A stretch of 64,000 nt of DNA from Candidatus Bathyarchaeota archaeon (GTDB lineage Archaea > Thermoproteota > Bathyarchaeia > Bathyarchaeales > Bathycorpusculaceae). The DNA lies in NCBI GenBank assembly GCA_963811105.1, contig CAWEPZ010000011.1, positions 1,120,001 through 1,184,000 of the forward strand. Direction: 5' to 3'. Made by a program: the position numbers and the translations under genes. Below are positions 52,176-62,082 of this stretch, piece after piece (the first letter of the stretch is position 1; the number at the start of each line of letters is the position of its first letter). A model generated the notes under the pieces. It saw only the letters and a program-made list of their open reading frames with translations, was not told the origin of the DNA and did not search any database.

Positions 52176-52418
52176 TCATTGGCGTATTGTGCAAAGCGTT
52201 CTTTCCGCTGTCGAAGCACTAAAAAGTAAATCGTCAATGGTGGCGGTAAAAGTGGCTAGTTTTACTTCACATTTTATCAGAGTTACAACTTTTTTCTTTT
52301 CTCTCATTGTTTTAACGACAAGTCCAATTGGAGTTTTGGAGTTGTCTGGGGAAACAGCATTGGACACTGCCTCAGCTGTTTTCTCGTCAGCGTACTCAAG
52401 TGTTATCGTTGCTTCCAA
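52176..52418 (-). CDS. pcc1: KEOPS subunit Pcc1
   Basis: 80 aa, AVSPDN, TFTATIDDLL; follows rps15-DHH. Confidence 0.85.
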   Translation of the reverse strand: MEATITLEYADEKTAEAVSNAVSPDNSKTPIGLVVKTMREKKKVVTLIKCEVKLATFTATIDDLLFSASTAERTLCTIRQ

Positions 52419-53862
52419 GTTTCTCGCCTTTTAATTGTCTGCCAATTAGTTCATCCACTGTTTTAATGAAACTTTCAACCTTGTCGATTGGAGTTTGAGC
52501 TCCTGCTGCAATATTGTGTCCTCCACCTTTGCCTCCATTCGCTTCTGAAGCTAACCGCATAACTTCTCCCAGGTTTACGCCTTTGCGAATTGCAGCTTCT
52601 GTTGTTCGTGCTGAAAATTTGGCCGCCTGCTCTTTTTCAACGTTAGCAAATGCTATGAGTGGTTTTTCGTTATTGGCTAGTCCAGAGACGATTATAGACG
52701 AGATTGTTCCAATGATTTTTTCGTTTATGAAACTTTCTCCATAGATGACGTAGATATTTTGGAGCTCTCGCATACGTTCAGGTTTTTCATTGACCCAGCC
52801 CAAATACTTGTTAATGTTCTTGCGATAGTCTTCAAGAATCTTGTTAGCTTCTTCGAGAGCTACTTTGCGGTCACCCATACAGATGGCTATGCCAAGGCTC
52901 GGTCTATCCATTCTTCCAGTTGAGTTTAACACAACTGCGAATTCTCTGGCATCCCGCAACGCGGTGTTTGGCTCTTCTTTAGTTAAAACGTAGATGTACC
53001 CAATCAAACTCTCAACCGTCAAATGTAACCCCTTAGATAACAAATGGTCAGCCAAAGCAGAGCACAAACGACGTTTTTCGTCTTCGTTTAAGTCGCGCAG
53101 CGCCCTCCACTTTTCACCTTGCTTAATGGGTATGTCTAAGCTTGCTAGGAAAGCTAAGGCTTTGTCTTCTTCTCCACTTAAGCCTGGAATAAATGGGTTA
53201 GTTGTAGTAGCCAAAGTCCGATGAATTGGCCTGGTTTCTCTGCCGAAAAAGGTTAGGTCTTTTTCAACTTTGAGTATGCCAGCTGCAACGGCGTCGTCTA
53301 CTATTATCTCATTTAGGCAGCATAGTCTTCTCTGTTCATACTTATCCTGCATATCACCCAAAGCGCCAACCAATGCTACTGGGGCCAAATCCACATTTGC
53401 AGAGTTTACTGCTTTAGCTACAAAGTAAGCAACACCTGAGCCACTAACATCACTTGCCCCATCAATTCCGAATAAATGAGGGTTTACCTGAACAAAATTG
53501 GGGTTGCTCGAGGTCCCATTCATCTGATGGTGATCAAGGATAAGCAACTTAAAGTTTGGGATTTTCTCGTTTAATAGGTCAAGGTTGCCGCTTCCAAAAT
53601 CCGTAAAAATAACCAGCTGCGGTTTGTCGGCACCGATTTCGCCAACGATTTTCTCATCAAGCTGCTGAGTAATCCTTATCCGAAACTTTGCATCAAGGCG
53701 ATATAGTACTTTGCCCAATATACCTGCAGCTGCGATGCCGTCGGCATCTAAATGCGAAAAAACGAGTATAAAGCCATCTTTGTGAGCGGTTTCCAAAATT
53801 ACTTTTGACGCCTCTGATGCTTTAGCTAAGAAGCGTTCAATAGATGCTTGCTGTGCAGCCAT
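52396..53862 (-). CDS. RecJ/GAN-like DHH family phosphoesterase
   Basis: SHLDADG, TDFG, LDHH, GALGD, FSAR, GGGH. Confidence 0.92.
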   Translation of the reverse strand: MAAQQASIERFLAKASEASKVILETAHKDGFILVFSHLDADGIAAAGILGKVLYRLDAKFRIRITQQLDEKIVGEIGADKPQLVIFTDFGSGNLDLLNEKIPNFKLLILDHHQMNGTSSNPNFVQVNPHLFGIDGASDVSGSGVAYFVAKAVNSANVDLAPVALVGALGDMQDKYEQRRLCCLNEIIVDDAVAAGILKVEKDLTFFGRETRPIHRTLATTTNPFIPGLSGEEDKALAFLASLDIPIKQGEKWRALRDLNEDEKRRLCSALADHLLSKGLHLTVESLIGYIYVLTKEEPNTALRDAREFAVVLNSTGRMDRPSLGIAICMGDRKVALEEANKILEDYRKNINKYLGWVNEKPERMRELQNIYVIYGESFINEKIIGTISSIIVSGLANNEKPLIAFANVEKEQAAKFSARTTEAAIRKGVNLGEVMRLASEANGGKGGGHNIAAGAQTPIDKVESFIKTVDELIGRQLKGEKLGSNDNT

Positions 53863-53950
53863 GCTTACGTCACGCTTTGCGTAAAGGGGCTAATTAGATT
53901 TAAAGCTGGTGTATCAGCAAAAAAAAATAAACAAAACCAAGAAAGAACGT

Positions 53951-54391
53951 TTAGGTTACAGATGCTATTTTTGGTTCGTACTTCCAGTTCTTAGCGATGA
54001 CGCCTTCACGCTTGTAATACCTTGAGAGCTTGTGGATCCTTGCTTCAATGATTTGCATGTTGCGTTTGTTGTGCAAATCCTTCTTGTTTTTGTCCAAGTG
54101 AACGGCGAGGCTTTGGGCTTTCTTCATCAGGTTTGTAAGATCCTCAGGCATTGATGGAGCTAAGCCCGCGCTTTGGAGAACGTCGCTTATGCTTTTTCCA
54201 ACTAAGGGCTTTACCAGAGGAATAGCGTATTGATCTCTAAGAATGGTGCCTATGCTGCTGAGTGAATGGCCTTCTTTGGCCAATTTTATAATAAATGATT
54301 CTACTTCTTCAGGCTGATACTTGCACCAGCTTGGAGGGCGCCTGCTGACAGGTCGCATTGAATGTGATTTTCCTTTTTCCTGCTTTGGCAA
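53951..54391 (-). CDS. rps15: 30S ribosomal protein S15 (uS15)
   Basis: GKSHSMRP, IGTILRDQYAIP, MPEDL, KDLHNKR, EARIHKLSRYYK. Confidence 0.96.
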   Translation of the reverse strand: MPKQEKGKSHSMRPVSRRPPSWCKYQPEEVESFIIKLAKEGHSLSSIGTILRDQYAIPLVKPLVGKSISDVLQSAGLAPSMPEDLTNLMKKAQSLAVHLDKNKKDLHNKRNMQIIEARIHKLSRYYKREGVIAKNWKYEPKIASVT

Positions 54392-54528
54392 ATGTTACAC
54401 CTTAAACTGCACCTAAACCATAGTCCACGAATATTTAAAAGTAGCTGGTTCCAGAAGGGTGAATATCTCCACTTTTAACCTTGAAACCTCAATTTTTAAC
54501 TCTTTCAGAAGTGATTCTCTTGTCTAAG

Positions 54529-54750
54529 ATGACCGATGCATTAACCGAGTGGATTCTTTCTTTTAATTCTGGAATGATGTGGTATAACAAACTAAGTTCC
54601 CAAGCCACTAAAGATACATACTTACCAAACCCCAAAAAATATTGCGTTAAGGTAGAAAAGAATCCTGATGAGTTGATAGAGCTAAAAATTCAAGGGCTAC
54701 AAGCCATAAACACGACTAAAGAATTTCAAGCTGAAAATTTATTTGAAATA
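54529..54750 (+). mobile_element. Truncated integrase N-terminal (SAM-like) fragment
   Basis: WYNKLSSQATKDTYLPN.KKYC..VEKNPDELIELK resembles integrase N-termini; sequence then changes abruptly. Confidence 0.5.
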
Positions 54751-54779
54751 AGGAATCCAACACAACCGCCTAAAGTTTT

Positions 54780-55037
54780 TCACTCTTCTAAATTATATTC
54801 TTGTTTTACATGTTCATCATGTCTTTTTCGTCCTTGCTTCGAAGACACTTTGCGCAAAAAGTCACGGAGTTGTTCAACACATTCGTTTTTAAATAGGTCT
54901 ACTTCTATTTTTGGCATTTCAAGATTTTGGCAAACCTGATTCCATAGAGTTTTAATTTTATACTCTGAGAGGACAACTACAACCCCTTCGCTATTAATTC
55001 TTTCTAATTCTCGGTCAGACTCCTCTTTCGAAAGCAT
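54780..55037 (-). CDS. Hypothetical protein/fragment in AT-rich island
   Basis: 85-aa ORF with ATG start, probably truncated at the junction with the integrase fragment. Confidence 0.4.
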   Translation of the reverse strand: MLSKEESDRELERINSEGVVVVLSEYKIKTLWNQVCQNLEMPKIEVDLFKNECVEQLRDFLRKVSSKQGRKRHDEHVKQEYNLEE

Positions 55038-55281
55038 ATAATCGCCTTTCTGGAAGTTTTATTTAAACCTTCAATGGATAATTTTTAGTCGATATGTAAT
55101 AAAAATTGAGTTAAAAATAGACGTTTAGCGCTAGAGGATTAATTATTTAATCTGTTATTCTTACTTCAGCACTATGCTTCTTAAGTTTAGCCATCGCTAA
55201 ATAGACTTAAATTTTTAACTGTTGGTAGTTTTTTTAAGTAGGTAAACATCATACTAATCATAGAAAAAAGCGGTAATTAGA

Positions 55282-56070
55282 TTGAATTGGAAACTACTAA
55301 CGGCAAGTATTATTGCTCTTGTATTAACAGTAATCGTAATATCAAGTTATTATTTTTCGGTTGTTTCTGCATATTTAGGTGCAATTTACTCATTATTGAC
55401 ATTAAGTACACCGTTTATAATATTTTTTCTAACTGAATACTTACTAAAAACCAGAATCCGTTTAGACATTAAAAATGTTCACCTAATAGCAAAAGGGTTC
55501 GGTCAGACATTCACAGGTTACCAAGTTACTGCTTTAATAACGAACAAAGGCAAGAAAATTTGTTTTAACTTGGATGACTTGAAAGTCAAGATAAATGATA
55601 GTAAAGGCAATGCCCCTAACTTACTTAAAGTAACGAAGAAATTATCAGGACACCAAAGGGAACTCACAATAGAGGAAGAGAATTTTAGAAGTATAGGTTA
55701 CACTTCAATAGATGAAAAAGGCAACAAAATAAATACCATTGAAAAACTAAGAAAAGACGATAAATACATCTTAATTTTTCCTTACGAAACTAAGACGGAT
55801 ATAAAAAATGGCAATAAAGAAACTGGATTTTCTTCACATACGGAATATTTGCTAGACCTTAACAAGGATGAGGAATACTCAGGAGAAATAATAGTCAAGG
55901 GTGAAGATTCCGAAAAAAATACTGTTTTAAAATCTGTGTCCTTCAAGATTAAAGTATTGCCAATTGAAATTACGACTACAAAAGACCTAGATGCCATTCT
56001 TTTAATGAATCAAATCGTAGGACTAGAAAAGCGAAGTAAACCAGAAAAATTCCAGAATTCAATTTCTTAA
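55282..56070 (+). CDS. Hypothetical membrane-anchored protein in AT-rich island
   Basis: Two N-terminal TM helices, Lys/Asn-rich; a coiled-coil reading frame continues to ~56299 out of frame. Confidence 0.6.
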   Translation: MNWKLLTASIIALVLTVIVISSYYFSVVSAYLGAIYSLLTLSTPFIIFFLTEYLLKTRIRLDIKNVHLIAKGFGQTFTGYQVTALITNKGKKICFNLDDLKVKINDSKGNAPNLLKVTKKLSGHQRELTIEEENFRSIGYTSIDEKGNKINTIEKLRKDDKYILIFPYETKTDIKNGNKETGFSSHTEYLLDLNKDEEYSGEIIVKGEDSEKNTVLKSVSFKIKVLPIEITTTKDLDAILLMNQIVGLEKRSKPEKFQNSIS

Positions 56071-56871
56071 CGATAGCATTACTTTACACCAAAAAAGAAT
56101 TAATGAATTAACCAGCGATGTTATTAAGAAAGACGTTGAGATCAAACAACTTAGCAGACAAATTAGTAGTATGTCAAGCCAAGTGGAACAGGCAAAGATG
56201 CAAATTGAAAAATTAACAAGGGAAGAAGGAGAACTTATTCGAATTAATGAAAAGTTAATGAAGGATTTGAAGGAAAATCCTAGAATTATTGTTAAATGAC
56301 CTCATATTTTTGCCCTTGCTTTTTTGCCAACTTTAGAAGTGAGATGAGCGAAAAGGGAATCAAATTTGCTGACGGCATAAAGGACAAACTGCGGGGACAT
56401 TTATTGTAAGTCCAAACTTAGATGTCTCTACGGAATGAAAATTAAATGTGGATTGACATTTCGGACATTTGGAAGTAGAGCCTACAGAGAAAAAATTAAC
56501 CTTAGCAGATATGCAAGAACTTTATAGCCCAACTTCAAAAGCATCCAAAGACATGAGGAGTATAAGAAAAAAACCTTAGCTGAAAAGCATCTAGAAACTA
56601 GTGAAGAGAACTTAGACCAATCCGTTTATAGTGACGATAAAGAAGCACCACTCAAGAAAATACTGATTTAGAAGAGGATGAATCCTTTTTAGATGAAGAG
56701 GATATGGACTGGTAAATTTCAAAGTTTTTTGAATAGTAAGTTAGTAGAATATAGAAGGAAGCCAAAAAAAAATGAGAAACAAACAAGAAACCGAAAATAA
56801 AGGAAGAGTACCTCTCTGAGTTGGATTAAAAGTAATCCTTAATAATGAAAAAAGCAAGATTTGGAAAATAT

Positions 56872-57498
56872 TTAGGTCCTCTTCTTTTTATTCCACTCAG
56901 CAAATTTCCGAATAGCCATTGCCCGATGCGAGAAACCGTTCTTCTCCTTGATTGTCATTTCTGCAAACGTTTTGCTGCTTCCAGTTGGCTGAAAAACAGG
57001 GTCAAAACCGAAACATGCTTTCCCTTTTTGTTTGCGTTCGGCTAGGGTTATTTCGCCTACGGATTCGCCGCTAAAACACATCGGCTCGCATAAGGTTTCG
57101 TCTACATAAGCTATAACTGACTCGAACTTCGCCCGTCTGTCTGCCATTCCTTCCATGAGTTTGAGCATACCGCTATTGTGGATAGTCTTGTAAACGTAAG
57201 CCGCATATGGCCCTGGAAAACCAGTGAGCGTATCAATAAATAAGCCTGCGTCTTCTACAAAAATCGGAAGCTTTGTGTTTTTGTATGCATTTATTACGCT
57301 TTTTTGGGCGATTTCTTTTAGGCTATCGCTTTGAACTTCATCTCCCTTAACACGCAGCAGCGCCACTGTTAAGCCGTATGGGCTAAGAATGCTTCGGGCT
57401 TCATTAAATTTGTTGATGTTGCCCGTTGCAAAGAAGACAACCTTGTTTGATAAACCGAAGGTTCGATTATTGTTTTCTTTCTTCGACATAGCGGCCAC
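56872..57498 (-). CDS. rdgB: Non-canonical purine NTP pyrophosphatase (RdgB/HAM1)
   Basis: FATGNINK, EDAGL, GFPGPY, FGFDPVF, SHRAMA. Confidence 0.95.
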   Translation of the reverse strand: MAAMSKKENNNRTFGLSNKVVFFATGNINKFNEARSILSPYGLTVALLRVKGDEVQSDSLKEIAQKSVINAYKNTKLPIFVEDAGLFIDTLTGFPGPYAAYVYKTIHNSGMLKLMEGMADRRAKFESVIAYVDETLCEPMCFSGESVGEITLAERKQKGKACFGFDPVFQPTGSSKTFAEMTIKEKNGFSHRAMAIRKFAEWNKKKRT

Positions 57499-58126
57499 GC
57501 TTCTCTATCTCCCTGATTTTCGCATAAACGTTTTCAGCCTCCTCAACTCCCAAAACCGACGAATAGCCAGATAAGACTTTCTTGAAGCATGATTCCCAAA
57601 CCAAATAATGCGTACTCTGAAGCGCTCGCTTCATTAAATGCAAATCCACACCTTTCGCCTCCACTTCGCAGTTTTTTTCACCTAAACCGAAGTCAATAAA
57701 AAATATTTTGCCTTCAGGATTAAGAATCATGTTCGAAGTTGTTAAATCGCCGTGGATTAAGCTGTGTCTGTGAAGTTTCCCGATTAATTCGCCGATTTTG
57801 AAACATAATTCATTTCGCCTTTCTTCTGAAGCTTCATTGAGCAATTGTTTGATTTGCTCTCCCTCCACATACTCCATTATAATGGAAGCTTGGGGCACGT
57901 TAACCATATAAATCAGCGGAGTCGGCACCCCTGCTGTTTTAGCTTCATGAATCAATTGCGGTTCATGAACGGTACGATAACTCCGAATTTGCTCATCTAA
58001 TGCAAGGGGACGATATCTTTTTGGGATTCGCACCTTAATAACAACTTTCTTGCCATGCCACTCGGCAAGATAAAGACTGGCTTCTGCCCCTTTTTTAAAC
58101 AGCGTTAACTCGACTACTGTATCCAT
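57467..58126 (-). CDS. bud32: KEOPS kinase Bud32
   Basis: KGAEA, KRYR, HGDLTTSN, IDFGL, DLHL, RGRY. Confidence 0.95.
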   Translation of the reverse strand: MDTVVELTLFKKGAEASLYLAEWHGKKVVIKVRIPKRYRPLALDEQIRSYRTVHEPQLIHEAKTAGVPTPLIYMVNVPQASIIMEYVEGEQIKQLLNEASEERRNELCFKIGELIGKLHRHSLIHGDLTTSNMILNPEGKIFFIDFGLGEKNCEVEAKGVDLHLMKRALQSTHYLVWESCFKKVLSGYSSVLGVEEAENVYAKIREIEKRGRYVEERKQ

Positions 58127-59148
58127 GGTACATCTACCTTATCCACACGCCAGCGAAGCTTAACATAACTCTCATTCAAAGGAGTAACCAACCCATGACT
58201 GTAAGCCAAAACGCCCGTCCATGCAATCATTGCACCGTTGTCTGTTGCAAACTGAAGCGGAACTACTCTAAACCGTGCACTATGCTCCTGTGAAATAACT
58301 TCAAGCATAGACTGTAACCGTTTGTTAGCTGCTACCCCACCAGTTAACAAAACCTCTTTCTTTTCGGTGTGTGCCAATGCTCGCTCTGTGACTTCGGTAA
58401 CCATTGAGAAAGCATATTCCTGAAGGCTATAACACAAATCTTCCAGGCACCATTTGCCCTCATGCAGCCGGGCCGTCGCCGCCGTCAGCAAACCGCTAAG
58501 AGACAAATCCATACCTTTAACAAGATAGGGCAAAGAAACCAAATTTTCACCTTTAGCAGCCAACTGTTCTACCGCAGCTCCAAGCGGTAACCCCTTCTTG
58601 TGCTTAAGACCCGCTTCTCTTGCAAAAACGTCCAAGCAGTTTCCTAAGGCTATATCTAGAGTTTCACCAAAAACTCTGTAGCGTCCAGATTCAAAAGCCG
58701 TAACCATCGTGTTACCGCCTGAAACATAAAGAGTTACGGGGTCCTTAGCGCTGGTTTCCAGCTTCCCAATTTCAATATGCGCCACAGAATGGTTAACCCC
58801 TACAAGCGGAATGTTAAGGTAAGAAGCTAAAGCCCGAGCGACAGTTGCTCCTGTACGCAAAGAGGGTCCTAACCCTGGTCCTTGAGAGAACGCGATAACC
58901 GTTAAGTCACTTGGTTTCAAGCTTGCGGCGGTTAAGGCTTCCTTCAAGACTTTGTCAGCTACTTCAGAGTGGTGTCTTGCGGCTTCTCTAGGGTGGATTC
59001 CGCCTTCTGCAGGAATGTAGCTGTCTGATTTGTTGGCTAGTATTTTGCCTTCGAATGTCGCTATACCAACGCCAAAATCGTCTGCCGAAGATTCTATCCC
59101 TAAACTGTAAGCTCTTTCATTGTTCTGCTGTTTTTGCGTGTTCTTCAT
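58114..59148 (-). CDS. kae1: KEOPS t6A synthase Kae1
   Basis: LGIESSA, GGIHPREAA, GPGLGPSL, VNHSVAHIE, YVSGGNT, DNGAMIA. Confidence 0.96.
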   Translation of the reverse strand: MKNTQKQQNNERAYSLGIESSADDFGVGIATFEGKILANKSDSYIPAEGGIHPREAARHHSEVADKVLKEALTAASLKPSDLTVIAFSQGPGLGPSLRTGATVARALASYLNIPLVGVNHSVAHIEIGKLETSAKDPVTLYVSGGNTMVTAFESGRYRVFGETLDIALGNCLDVFAREAGLKHKKGLPLGAAVEQLAAKGENLVSLPYLVKGMDLSLSGLLTAATARLHEGKWCLEDLCYSLQEYAFSMVTEVTERALAHTEKKEVLLTGGVAANKRLQSMLEVISQEHSARFRVVPLQFATDNGAMIAWTGVLAYSHGLVTPLNESYVKLRWRVDKVDVPWIQ

Positions 59149-59233
59149 GGTATTCCACGTTTCTTAGGGGATACATATTTTTATTTGGATTCAACGCTTA
59201 TATTCTAATTGCATTATTTGGAATTGATATTAG

Positions 59234-59695
59234 ATGCCTAAGCGTAATGACCTTGAACAGAAAGCACTCCATTATGTGGTAAATACAGGTTATCAAGGAG
59301 TACTTCAATCAGATTTATGGCGTGAATTAGGTGCAAGTAGCCGAGAAGGTTCACGCGTCTCGATTAAACTGGAAGAAAAAGGGTTAATCCGCAGAGAGAA
59401 AGAACTGCAAGAAGGCAGATGGACTTATCGGCTTTACCCTAAAAGGCTTCCGGCATCCATAGAAACTATCATTGACTGTCCCTGTTTACTTTGTCCAGAC
59501 AACGCACGTTGCGACCCAACAACTGCACTTTCACCTAAAACCTGTCCAAAACTTACTGATTGGATACTCAACTTAGGAAGAGACCCCGTCGCTGTGCCCG
59601 TTACTTCTCCAACTGAACTAGACCCGCCAAGAGATCCAAGCATGGAAAGCACAGAAGAGGACGAATCAGATGCCCAAAGCTTGGATCCAAGATAG
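59234..59695 (+). CDS. TFE-beta / RPC34(C39)-like wHTH protein with Fe-S Cys cluster
   Basis: GVLQSDLWREL wHTH; CPCLLC...C...SPKTCPKLTDW; acidic tail. Confidence 0.8.
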   Translation: MPKRNDLEQKALHYVVNTGYQGVLQSDLWRELGASSREGSRVSIKLEEKGLIRREKELQEGRWTYRLYPKRLPASIETIIDCPCLLCPDNARCDPTTALSPKTCPKLTDWILNLGRDPVAVPVTSPTELDPPRDPSMESTEEDESDAQSLDPR

Positions 59696-60284
59696 AAAAC
59701 GCGAATACTACTATAAAAAAGCCAAAGAAGAAAACTACCGCTCCAGAGCCACATACAAGCTATCTCAAGCTAACGAGAAATACGGTTTTATTCGAAGGGG
59801 CGACATAGTTGTTGATTTAGGCGCGGCACCAGGTGGCTGGATTCAAGCAGCAAGAAAAATGACTGGAAAAAACGGTTTCGTTTTAGGCGTTGACTTAAAA
59901 CCAATTGACCCTTTCACTCAGGAATATATTCGAACCATAATTGCAGACTTCACGGAACCAGATATCTGTGAGCAGATAAATTCTTTTCTTCCTCGAAAAG
60001 CAGACGTCGTAATTTCTGATGCTGCACCAAACATTACTGGCGTTTGGGAAGTTGACCACGCAAAACAAATCGACTTAGCAACTAAAGCATTAGAAATAGC
60101 TCAATGCATACTACGACCAGAAGGCAATTTTTTTGTCAAACTCTTCGAAGGCGAAATGTTTAACGACTTTATTCTTACAGTAAAGGAACTTTTCGAGACA
60201 GTTAAGATTGTGAAGCCTCAAGCTAGCCGGCAAAAAAGCTCTGAAATGTACCTTTTGGCTTTAGGCTTGAAAGCCAAGGGATAA
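59670..60284 (+). CDS. rlmE: 23S rRNA Um2552 methyltransferase
   Basis: YRSRATYKL, DLGAAPGGW, ISDAAP, VKLF, KPQASR..SSEMY. Confidence 0.95.
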   Translation: MPKAWIQDRKREYYYKKAKEENYRSRATYKLSQANEKYGFIRRGDIVVDLGAAPGGWIQAARKMTGKNGFVLGVDLKPIDPFTQEYIRTIIADFTEPDICEQINSFLPRKADVVISDAAPNITGVWEVDHAKQIDLATKALEIAQCILRPEGNFFVKLFEGEMFNDFILTVKELFETVKIVKPQASRQKSSEMYLLALGLKAKG

Positions 60285-60553
60285 TGCGAAGAAGAAAGCT
60301 AATTTCTTCTCATAGCTTCGCTTTCAGTGCTGGCTAACCCATCATACACTGAGTCGTCTTTTGGTTGATAAACCCAGTTCTGAGGAGGGCTAAAAGATAC
60401 TTTAATACAAACTTCATAGTTTGGCACATAGTTTTGCATTGAGCGCCGAAAAGTGCTAACAAAGGTTAAATTGTTAGAAACGATAAACCATTGTGCGCGA
60501 GAATTTCATGCACCAAGAATTCGATCCGTGAACCAAAAGAAGGCTTACCTAAC

Positions 60554-61104
60554 ATGAAACTTGACTTGGCCTTTTGGAAAAACGCCTCATCTAAACGTAA
60601 GAGAATCTACTTCACTATCTTCATTTTTCTAGTTGCGCTTATCGTCACAGTTGTCGGGAAGTTATATACCGCTCAGTCATCAAGACGCAAAGACATTAAG
60701 TGACCAGGTAAATGCAACATTAAATACTCATAGATCAGACAATACCTTAACCCAATACATTTTTCTAAATAACTTTGAAATTTGCTTGGTAATGTTTGTT
60801 CCATTTATCGGGCCTGTAATAGGATTATTTATACTATTTGATACTGGCGTGGCGCTTGGCGCAATAGCATCTGTACAAGGCTACCCTGTATGGTTTGGTT
60901 TGCTAAACCTAATACTTACGCCTGTGTTTGGCTTGAATTTACTGCCTATTCCACTGCAATAGCAGAAAGCATCTGGCTACTCCGCAGACTAATTCAGGGG
61001 CGTTGGCGAGAACTGAAAAACACAGGGATACTAATCGGCATCTGTGCAGCATACTAATCATAGGAGCAATAGTGGAAGTTTGGCTGATAAGTATTGCTGG
61101 CTAA
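60554..61104 (+). pseudogene. SpoIIM-like membrane protein with three single-base frameshifts
   Basis: IFLNN...VPFIGP...TG...P.FWLE...GAIVE recovered by correcting indels near 60658, 60930 and 61050. Confidence 0.7.
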
Positions 61105-61129
61105 CCCTGAAGTGTCAAACAAGCTTTTT

Positions 61130-61986
61130 TTAGTCTTTTACTATTTCCAAGCTTATGTCCAGTGCCTCTACACTATGAGTAAGCGCTCCCAAACTGATAA
61201 CGTCAACTTTTGCAGTTGCATACTCCAAAAAGTTTTCGCTCGTGATTCTTCCACTCACTTCCAACAATACGTCGCCGAACCCAGACTTTCCTTAACATTT
61301 CCTCAGTATCATTCGCCTGCTGTGGAGAAAAATTATCCAGCATAACAATGTCAGCTCCTGCTTTTGCTGCTTTAAGTGCATTGTCGGCTCGTCTGACCTC
61401 AACTTCAATTTTTTTGGTGAACGAAGCAATCGCTTTTGCCTTCTTAACCACACTTTCCACGCTTCCAGCAATGGCCAAGTGATTGTCTTTAATCAAAATC
61501 ATGTCGTCCAAATGTAGCCTATGTGGGTCGCCGCCGCCAATGAGAACCGCTTTCTTGTCAAAATACAACAGCCCCGGTGCTGACTTGCGGGTAGCGGCAA
61601 TCCGAGCTTTCGAACCTGACAACTTCAGTTTCTTGGCCAACGCTCTTGTTGTTGTGGCAATGCCGCTCATTCTTGAAAGGAGATTCAGCAGTGTTCTCTC
61701 AACTTGATAAAATGGTCTGAGCATCACCAAAAACCTCGATTAAAACCTGTTTGTTTTGAATTTCGTCGCCGTCAGCAACTTTAGCTTTAACTTTCAACCC
61801 CAAATATTCAGCAAGAACAACGGCCTCTTCTATCCCGGCTACCACACCTCCCTCTTTAGCAATAACTAATGCCTTCACAATCAGTTCTGATGGAACAATT
61901 GCTCCAAATGTTACATCTCCTTGCCCAATGTCTTCCGAAAGTATTTGCTTAAGCTTCTCTTCCAGAATTTTCCGAGGAACAAACAT
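61130..61986 (-). pseudogene. nadC: Nicotinate-nucleotide pyrophosphorylase with two +1 A frameshifts (probably sequencing errors)
   Basis: EDIGQGDVT, ERTLLN, SGIAT, TRK, HR, LIKDNH, EVEV, MLDN, GALTHS; extra A near 61703 and 61290. Confidence 0.9.
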
Positions 61987-62082
61987 GACTTGTATTTTGC
62001 TGACTAAGCTTTTAAATTGCTTGCTTTTCAGGCAGAACATGGGATAATTAAAATAAACCCGCCGATCTATTCTGTAGGCGTC

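Noticed and set aside
60299-60440. 46-codon minus-strand ORF or structured RNA between rlmE and the SpoIIM-like gene
   Set aside because: No motif or clear SD; the hairpins may just be terminators.
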